Below are positions 25,631 to 32,000 of a DNA stretch of 32,000 nucleotides, in pieces. Position numbers and translations under genes: made by a program. The notes beneath the pieces are model-generated. The model was given only the letters and a program-made list of their open reading frames with translations. It searched no databases and had not been told where the DNA came from. Within the stretch, counting starts at the first letter, position 1, and each line of letters opens with the position of its first letter. The DNA is taken from NCBI RefSeq assembly GCF_000015945.1, contig NC_009033.1:1140001-1172000 (forward strand). Direction: 5' to 3'. This DNA comes from Staphylothermus marinus F1 (GTDB taxonomy: Archaea > Thermoproteota > Thermoprotei_A > Sulfolobales > Desulfurococcaceae).

Positions 25631-25851
25631 ACATATAACCTCAACCAGTATCTCACATATTACTTGTATGAGTGACTCATAGTATTAAGGATGATTATCT
25701 AGTTACTCGGAAACTATCAGTTAAAGGAATTTTCTTCATATAACCATCTGTCCGGGGAGTAGTCATCATCTATAATGATTTTAATATGTGTTCTACGATA
25801 ATAATTATTTGCTGGAAAATCTTCTTTGAAGAAACCTGTGGATAAAGGTGC

Positions 25852-27684
25852 TTGTATATGTATGGTTGGTGGGGTCGGATTCTCAGAATAGATGTGTCTA
25901 AGAGGAAATATGTTGTTCAAGAACTCGATCCCAGTATTTATAGTAACTATATAGGTGGCAGGGGTCTTGCAGTTAAGATTCTATGGGATGAGCTGGTGCC
26001 TGGAGTAGATCCTTTATCTCCATATAATAAATTAGTAATTGCATCAGGGCCATTATCGGGTTTACCTCTACCTAGTAGTGGTAAACTAGTTGTTGCTTCT
26101 AAGAGTCCGTTAACTAATGGTTATGGTGATGGAAACATAGGTACTATGGCTAGTGTTCATCTTAGAAAAGCTGGTTATGACGCAATAGTATTAGAGGGTG
26201 CTTCAGATAAGCCTATCTACTTATATATTGAGAATGATAATGTCGAGTTCATGGATGCAGATGATCTATGGGGTAGGGATACTTTTGATGCAGAAGATAA
26301 ACTTGTCCGAGAACATGGTAGAAACATTGGTGTTCTCCTAATAGGTCCTGCAGGCGAGAATCTTGTAAGATATGCTACAATTGTTTCCATGAAAGGTAGG
26401 AGCGGTGGAAGACCGGGTATGGGTGCGGTTATGGGTTCCAAGAAGGTTAAGGCAATAGTAATTAAAGGCACAAAGAACCCCCCAATTGCTGACGAGAAAA
26501 AACTTAGAGAGCTCAGCGAGGCCTCATATAAGGAAATATTATCTAAGGAAAACTATGATTTCTGGATTAGACAGGGTACAATGGCAACTATTGTTTGGAG
26601 CAATGAAAACAGCGTATTACCAACCATGAATTTCAGAGAGGGTGTTTGGGAATACTATGATACAATCAGCGGTGATCTCATGGAGAAACTAAAAGTTGAG
26701 AGAAGAGGATGCCCATACTGTAACATGCAGTGTGGAAACGTTATATTAGATGAAAAAGGTGAGAAGAGCGAGCTAGACTATGAAAATGTTGCAATGCTTG
26801 GAAGCAACATCTTATTGCCTGATTTGAGAAAAGTCGCTGAACTCAACAAGTTGGCGGATATGTATGGAATAGACACTATTTCTCTAGGAAATAGTTTAGG
26901 CTTCATTATGGAGGCCTCTGAAAAGAAGCTTATTAGAGAGAAAGTTGAGTGGGGAGACTATGGAGAAGTCAAGGAACTAGTTAAAGACATAGCTCATAGG
27001 CGGGGATTAGGAGCTTTTCTAGCAGAAGGAGTATGGAGAATGTCGTTATCTCTCGGCAGAGAAGCACAAGATTTTGCAATGCATGCAAAGGGATTAGAAG
27101 TATCAGCATATAACTGTCATGCAGCCCCAGGCATGGCATTAGCTTTTGCCACATCACCTATAGGAGCACACCACAAAGATGCATGGCTCATTGGTTTAGA
27201 AGTTAAAATGGATAGATTCGCCTATAATAGGGAGAAGGTTGAGAAACTAATATTCCTGCAAAGAGTTAGGGGAGGAATGTTTGAATCACTAACAACTTGT
27301 AGGCTTCCATGGGTTGAGCTAGGATTAAACCTGGATTATTATCCTAAAATATTATCAGCTACAACAGGCATTGAGTGGAGCATGGATGACATATACAGAG
27401 TTGCCGATAGAATATATACATTGATCAGAGCATTCTGGATAAGAGAATATAATGGATGGAGCCGTATAATGGATTATCCGCCGATGAGATGGTTTAAGCA
27501 CCCATTAACCAAAGGCCCGTTTGCAGGCGTTAAACTAGATATTAGCAAATACGATAAGATGCTAAGTATTTACTATGAAATACGTGGATGGGATGAAAGA
27601 GGGGTCCCGAAGAAAGAAACTTTGGAGAAGCTAGACTTAAAAGATGTTATCCCAGTATTAGACAGCATTGTTGGGCTAAGGTAA
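25852..27684 (+). CDS. aor: Tungsten-containing aldehyde:ferredoxin oxidoreductase family
   Basis: N-terminus [17 protein letters not shown]...YIGGRGL, 4Fe-4S ligands [11 protein letters not shown] plus a later Cys (TTCRLPW), and a pterin-binding region [12 protein letters not shown]. Confidence 0.95.
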   Translation: MYMYGWWGRILRIDVSKRKYVVQELDPSIYSNYIGGRGLAVKILWDELVPGVDPLSPYNKLVIASGPLSGLPLPSSGKLVVASKSPLTNGYGDGNIGTMASVHLRKAGYDAIVLEGASDKPIYLYIENDNVEFMDADDLWGRDTFDAEDKLVREHGRNIGVLLIGPAGENLVRYATIVSMKGRSGGRPGMGAVMGSKKVKAIVIKGTKNPPIADEKKLRELSEASYKEILSKENYDFWIRQGTMATIVWSNENSVLPTMNFREGVWEYYDTISGDLMEKLKVERRGCPYCNMQCGNVILDEKGEKSELDYENVAMLGSNILLPDLRKVAELNKLADMYGIDTISLGNSLGFIMEASEKKLIREKVEWGDYGEVKELVKDIAHRRGLGAFLAEGVWRMSLSLGREAQDFAMHAKGLEVSAYNCHAAPGMALAFATSPIGAHHKDAWLIGLEVKMDRFAYNREKVEKLIFLQRVRGGMFESLTTCRLPWVELGLNLDYYPKILSATTGIEWSMDDIYRVADRIYTLIRAFWIREYNGWSRIMDYPPMRWFKHPLTKGPFAGVKLDISKYDKMLSIYYEIRGWDERGVPKKETLEKLDLKDVIPVLDSIVGLR

Positions 27685-27699
27685 AATGGTTATGACAAA

Positions 27700-28092
27700 A
27701 TGCCAATTAAGCTCAAAGGGAAAATAGTGAGCGGGTTAGGTGTTGGAGCAAAATATGTCCAACTATATCGTGGAGTCTTCAATAAATATTTAGGAATAGA
27801 TCCTTATCCTGGAACTCTAAATATAGATATAGGCCAAGACTTTTTTATCTATACCAAGAAACTAAAAGCAAAAATAATTCCTCCCCCTAGAAAAGGACTA
27901 GGATGCGTACTAGCATATCCAGGCATACTCATGGGGATAAAGATCTATGTTATAAAACCTTGTATAACGAATCATGGACGGAACATTCTAGAAATAATCT
28001 CAGATAAAAACCTACGGAAAACACTTAATCTAAAAGATAATGATATCGTTGAAATAATTATTTATGATGAGGAAGACTATTCTTACATTTAA
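27700..28092 (+). CDS. ribK: Archaeal CTP-dependent riboflavin kinase (DUF120)
   Basis: GKIVSGLGVGAKYV...YLGIDPYPGTLNIDI matches the archaeal RibK pattern. 130 aa. Confidence 0.85.
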   Translation: MPIKLKGKIVSGLGVGAKYVQLYRGVFNKYLGIDPYPGTLNIDIGQDFFIYTKKLKAKIIPPPRKGLGCVLAYPGILMGIKIYVIKPCITNHGRNILEIISDKNLRKTLNLKDNDIVEIIIYDEEDYSYI

Positions 28093-28237
28093 GATTTACT
28101 TATACATACTTATTAATATCTTGAGATATATGGTGGATTCTTAATTCTATTTAGAAATAGATAAAATAGATAAAAATAGTATAGCTTAATAGTATGCTTA
28201 AAATATATTTTATAATAAGAATAAATGGGCAACAGAA

Positions 28238-29590
28238 ATGTGTTCTAATGTTAAATTGAGTATAACTAATGATCTTCTAGAAGGAATGAATAAGCCAAGT
28301 GTAATTGTAATAAGAGGCCCAATAGGCTCTGGTAAAAGTTTATTCATTTCGACTTTGATCAACGAATACATCGAGAGAGGAATGGGTAAAGCGAATGTTT
28401 TATTATTCATGGTTGATAGTATGTCATTTTTCAGAACAGCTGAGTTCTACAGAGTTCCTATTAGAAAACATTTAGAAAATGGAGTTCTCGAAGTAAATGA
28501 GATCACCTCTCTACCCATGGAGGAACGTAGAATTGATAGCATCATGGAAATAATTACTGGATCATGCATGCGTAATAAAAATGGATTAGTAATAATATAC
28601 CCTGCTGGTATCGCATTTATGGGGCTTTCAAAAAGTAAGCTCGCAGGCTTAGTTGGAGTAATTAATGAATGCAAGAAAAAATATGGTGTCAAAATGATTT
28701 TATCCTTCAATAAAGAAATTAGCAAGGGGATTAGAGAAATATTTGAGTCGATAGCTGATTATGTGTTTTCACTATCTATTGAAATACCTGAAGCTGGGAA
28801 GCCGAGGCGATTTATTACCGTTATTAAGCCTCTCAGAGAATTATTAGGAGTTTCTAGAACAGCAGAAATAGACATAGTTCTTGGAAAAGGTATGGAGATA
28901 GTAAATTATGGTATATTAAGACAATATGATGCTATACTCGATATATCCGATAGAGTAAAGACTTCTATTGAATGGTTTGATAAGCTTACAAATGGAATAG
29001 TTAAGGGGACATCAATATTAATAGCGGGTCCTTCTGGAGCAGGTAAAACAAATCTTTTATTAACCATAGGATATGGAATAGCTAGAAACAATAATAAAGT
29101 CTTATTTATTAGTTTTGAAGAGCCCCCCGGACAACTCATAGCTACAATGAAGTCGCTTGGATATAATTATGAAGAAGTCAGGGATAATATGAAAATTGTC
29201 GGAATTAATCCTAGAACCATAACCTTAAATTCATTATTTCGTGTAGTTACAGAGCATATGAATACAAGTTATAATATCATAATGCTTGACGGTCTCCACG
29301 CAATATGGAAAGAGTTTGGGGAAAGATATCATAGATTTCTACGTGACCTAGTATACTATGTTAAAAGCATTGGTGGAATAATATTTTTATCAAAAGTCCT
29401 TATCGAGCGTGAGAAAGAGAAAACATATACATGGCTTAGCACAATCGTAGATGGAATAATTGAGTTAGGGCTTGAAAGAATAAATAATGAATATAAGAGA
29501 TATATTTGTATTAAGAAATTAAGGTATCATAAAGTAAAATCTCGTTGTTACAAATACCATATAAGTAATGGTGTATTCATAGAAATCTAA
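28238..29590 (+). CDS. Double-domain KaiC/RecA-superfamily ATPase
   Basis: Two P-loops, IRGPIGSGKSLF and IAGPSGAGKTNLLL. The second domain has a KaiC-like VLFISFEEPPGQL and Walker B IIMLDGL. The first domain lacks the acidic pair. Confidence 0.8.
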   Translation: MCSNVKLSITNDLLEGMNKPSVIVIRGPIGSGKSLFISTLINEYIERGMGKANVLLFMVDSMSFFRTAEFYRVPIRKHLENGVLEVNEITSLPMEERRIDSIMEIITGSCMRNKNGLVIIYPAGIAFMGLSKSKLAGLVGVINECKKKYGVKMILSFNKEISKGIREIFESIADYVFSLSIEIPEAGKPRRFITVIKPLRELLGVSRTAEIDIVLGKGMEIVNYGILRQYDAILDISDRVKTSIEWFDKLTNGIVKGTSILIAGPSGAGKTNLLLTIGYGIARNNNKVLFISFEEPPGQLIATMKSLGYNYEEVRDNMKIVGINPRTITLNSLFRVVTEHMNTSYNIIMLDGLHAIWKEFGERYHRFLRDLVYYVKSIGGIIFLSKVLIEREKEKTYTWLSTIVDGIIELGLERINNEYKRYICIKKLRYHKVKSRCYKYHISNGVFIEI

Positions 29591-29653
29591 TAAATCAATG
29601 TTCTGTTTATAATGAATATTAATTCTTCAAAGACAATTAACTAAAAACTAAAA

Positions 29654-29670
29654 CTAGCTTCACAAGCTAG
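29654..29670. terminator. Hairpin between convergent genes, followed by an oligo-T tract on the minus strand
   Basis: CTAGCTT-CAC-AAGCTAG forms a 7-bp perfect stem. On the minus strand it is followed by TTTTAGTTTTTAG. A terminator role is inferred only. Confidence 0.3.
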
Positions 29671-29722
29671 GTATATCTATTGCTTTATTATTCGCGGAGA
29701 TTTCATGTTTTATTCAGATCTG

Positions 29723-29935
29723 TTACTTTTTAAGTATTAATACAGCAGATACTATTAACGCTATTACTGCTGATATAATTAATGTTAATGTATTGATTGC
29801 TTCTGCTCTTTTAGACGTTGTATTTTCTTCTGTTATAGGCGTTGTTGGAGATAGTAATCCATTAGGATTATTATTAAAATGTTGTGTATTTGTCGTTGAA
29901 GCATTTTGGTTTTTGTATTGGTGTAGTTGAGTTAT
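29723..29935 (-). other. Out-of-frame C-terminal extension of the 29874-31013 gene: Thr/Asn-rich linker plus transmembrane anchor
   Basis: A 70-codon stop-free frame with no Met: ITQLHQYKNQNASTTNTQHFNNNPNGLLSPTTPITEENTTSKRAEAINTLTLIISAVIALIVSAVLILKK. It overlaps the last 20 codons of the 379-aa ORF in the +1 frame. Confidence 0.45.
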
Positions 29936-31013
29936 CTATTGGTTTTTGTACTATATGTTCTTCTATTAGTGGCTGTATTGGTTGAGTATAATTCAGTGTT
30001 TTGTTCACTAGTATTTTTCCATTAACTATTAGTTTAAAGATCATTTTTCCTGTTTCGCTCATATTTAATGGTGAATATAGTTCATAATTGATTTCCTTTA
30101 TGATCATTATTGCAGGACCTTTTATCTGTATTATATTCATTAATACATCGATTTCATTCTCTCTTGAAATAATTTCTAATCTGGAGAACGCGTATCCACC
30201 ACTATTAAATGTGACTGATCCATGTATTTTTAGATATTCTGTCTCCAGTAATGGATCGATTCTTAAATATATTTTTCTCGCGTACCCTTCTGAATAATTA
30301 TCTGGATTGATCTGATTAAATATGAACAATAAGTCTCTCTTAAAGCTTGAGAACATATTTGAGACTAAAACAATACTTGTTCTTGTAGGCTTATTTATGA
30401 GCTTAGCATAAACAAGTGTTTCCGTCTGGTTTGGAGCATTTAGTTTAATATTGAGCAATGTATTATTGAATCCTTTTAGGCTGATATTAATTCTAGCAAT
30501 GCATTGTTTTGAATAAGTATAATAGTATTTACCGGTGCCGAGAGCATATATTGTTTCACCAACTCCATCTCTAATATTAAACTTATAGTTATAGTATACT
30601 TCTACAATATATTTCTCCTCACCACTCATAACACGCCACATTATAAGCGGTAAAGGACCCATAACAGTATAGTATTTATGCTTATGTCCTTGGACAAATA
30701 TGTCCCATGTAAAACCATAACTCATTTCCTCATCATTAACCAATACCCTAACACTTTTACGATCAGTTTCATTTGGAACAGGAAAATACATAGTAATAAC
30801 ATCATAACCAGCATTTCTCATAGTATATTTACCATAAACACTAACATTAACAACCCCATTACTAAGATATGTGAAGTTAAAAGCAATATCTTCATGATCA
30901 AGAATAATTGTTGGTGCAGGAATAGGGTTTGCAAATATTAATGGATGAATCATAACTATTAGAAGGAATACTAGGACAGTAATGAGTAAAATCTGCTTAA
31001 TCAATATCTTCAC
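29874..31013 (-). CDS. Secreted beta-rich glycoprotein-like protein (signal peptide, many N-x-S/T sequons)
   Basis: It has an N-terminal hydrophobic signal (MKILIKQILLITVLVFLLIVMIHPLIFANP) and sequons NFT, NVS, NET, NIS, NNT, NQT, NMS, NKT, NYT and NST. No family recognised. Confidence 0.7.
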   Translation of the reverse strand: MKILIKQILLITVLVFLLIVMIHPLIFANPIPAPTIILDHEDIAFNFTYLSNGVVNVSVYGKYTMRNAGYDVITMYFPVPNETDRKSVRVLVNDEEMSYGFTWDIFVQGHKHKYYTVMGPLPLIMWRVMSGEEKYIVEVYYNYKFNIRDGVGETIYALGTGKYYYTYSKQCIARINISLKGFNNTLLNIKLNAPNQTETLVYAKLINKPTRTSIVLVSNMFSSFKRDLLFIFNQINPDNYSEGYARKIYLRIDPLLETEYLKIHGSVTFNSGGYAFSRLEIISRENEIDVLMNIIQIKGPAIMIIKEINYELYSPLNMSETGKMIFKLIVNGKILVNKTLNYTQPIQPLIEEHIVQKPIDNSTTPIQKPKCFNDKYTTF

Positions 31014-31438
31014 CTCTAAAACATTATATATTTAGAATTAAATATTTGAAAATGTCTTACTTATTTCTAGGAGAAGGTATTAGTAATGCCACATCCTCTA
31101 GATGATTTCGTAGACAAATTCATTGCTGGAGTTTACGTTTGCCGAACAATAGATTGTGTTCTCGTCAATCTTTCCTCAGCCTTTTTTGTGTAAAAGATTA
31201 TCTATAAGTACTATATTGTGATAAGTTTAGATCCTTTTAAACCCTATAATCCATTATTTTACAAGCAATTTACGGATCTCCTCGTAAATACTGTGATAGA
31301 GTCATTAAGAAGTATTCCATACAGGATACAGAGTATTTGGGCTGTTATTATAGGAGATAAACTAATTGTCTATGTGTATAGTTCGCTCATGTAAATAGTT
31401 AAAAATATAGTTCAGCAAATAAATCATCTATATAATCA

Positions 31439-31939
31439 TTGAAATTTCTATGCGAGGTTGATGAGATGGTTGTTTTACGGCCTGAAGATATTAAATCCTT
31501 AATTGGTTTATCTGATGAATCATTGGATTGTAGTGGAATAAAGCTTACGTTAAAGACTATATATGTTCCTGAGACTGTTGGTGAGCTTAGGGTTGATGGG
31601 AGAGTTCTGCCCGAGTATGAGGAGTTAAGATGTGATCCTATGTGTAGGCTTAGTAGTGGGGCATATATTGTTCGGTACAATGAATATGTGAAGATACCTA
31701 ATGGATACATGGGTCTAGTATTTCCTCGTTCCTCATTGTTGAGAATGGGTGCTACAATATATACGGCAGTATGGGATCCGGGCTATGAAGGCCAGGGGAT
31801 AGGGTTGTTGGCTGTATTTAATAAACAAGGAATAGTTCTCGAAAAGAATGTTCAGTTAGCTCAACTTGTACTATTCAAGATGAGTGGTGAAACCATGTTT
31901 TCATATAAGGGAACATATCTTGGCGAGAAAGAAGCTTAG
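31439..31939 (+). CDS. dut: dCTP deaminase/dUTPase-superfamily protein (archaeal-type dUTP diphosphatase likely)
   Basis: GLVFPRSSLLRMGATIYTAVWDPGYEG carries the (R)SS..R.G and D.GY.G motifs. ATG 31466 (MVVLRPEDIK) is the more likely start than TTG 31439. Confidence 0.8.
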   Translation: MKFLCEVDEMVVLRPEDIKSLIGLSDESLDCSGIKLTLKTIYVPETVGELRVDGRVLPEYEELRCDPMCRLSSGAYIVRYNEYVKIPNGYMGLVFPRSSLLRMGATIYTAVWDPGYEGQGIGLLAVFNKQGIVLEKNVQLAQLVLFKMSGETMFSYKGTYLGEKEA

Positions 31940-32000
31940 TATCTTTTATATCTGATACGAGTTATAGAGTATAGCTTTAATAATCTAAGCTTCTTATACA

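Noticed and set aside
25717-25920. 67-aa minus-strand ORF across the aor start region
   Set aside because: It overlaps the aor start and promoter region and has no features. The divergent promoter interpretation fits better.
28063-28140. ATGATGA at the 3' end of ribK as another C box
   Set aside because: There is no CUGA D box or terminal pairing at an appropriate distance downstream. It is most likely just coding sequence (YDEED).
31399-31710. 103-aa minus-strand ORF
   Set aside because: It is antisense to the motif-supported dUTPase-family gene.

Overview
This is an AT-rich archaeal chromosomal segment with isolated GC-rich structural RNAs and GGAGG/GGTGA Shine-Dalgarno motifs. That pattern fits a hyperthermophilic crenarchaeon, possibly Desulfurococcales-like, but the organism is a guess. 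Positions 1-7278 (minus strand) hold an A-type ATP synthase operon in the order atpD, a DUF61/UPF0216-like ORF, then atpH-I-K-E-C-F-A; atpA is cut by the window edge. Next come a small Nudix operon and an uncharacterised three-gene plus-strand cluster (8738-12550: tandem-HTH protein, polytopic membrane protein, 464-aa orphan). These are followed by endonuclease IV, a CDP-alcohol phosphatidyltransferase, and a HerA-like ATPase with a NurA-like nuclease that has no mre11/rad50 next to it. After two membrane proteins and a RecJ-like DHH phosphoesterase comes a start/stop-overlapping operon encoding an HDAC-family deacetylase, a CYTH enzyme, a Nudix hydrolase and a stand-alone Cas4-like Fe-S nuclease. 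The right third carries a DUF62 SAM hydrolase, a non-coding RNA cluster (box C/D sRNA candidates plus tRNA-Ile GAU), two poorly characterised genes (one a degenerate amidohydrolase-like protein), tungsten aldehyde:ferredoxin oxidoreductase, CTP-type riboflavin kinase, a double-domain KaiC-like ATPase, a secreted glycoprotein-like gene whose C-terminal membrane anchor is out of frame, and a dUTPase-family gene. I saw no CRISPR array, transposase or integrase. The best-supported new observation is a 70-nt, stem-clamped dual-guide C/D sRNA whose two guides match two universally conserved 16S rRNA stretches. The best candidates for an undescribed system are the HDAC-CYTH-Nudix-Cas4 operon, the insertion-bearing HerA/NurA paralogue pair and the 8738-12550 cluster. 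All family calls come from motif recognition by eye; no searches were run.
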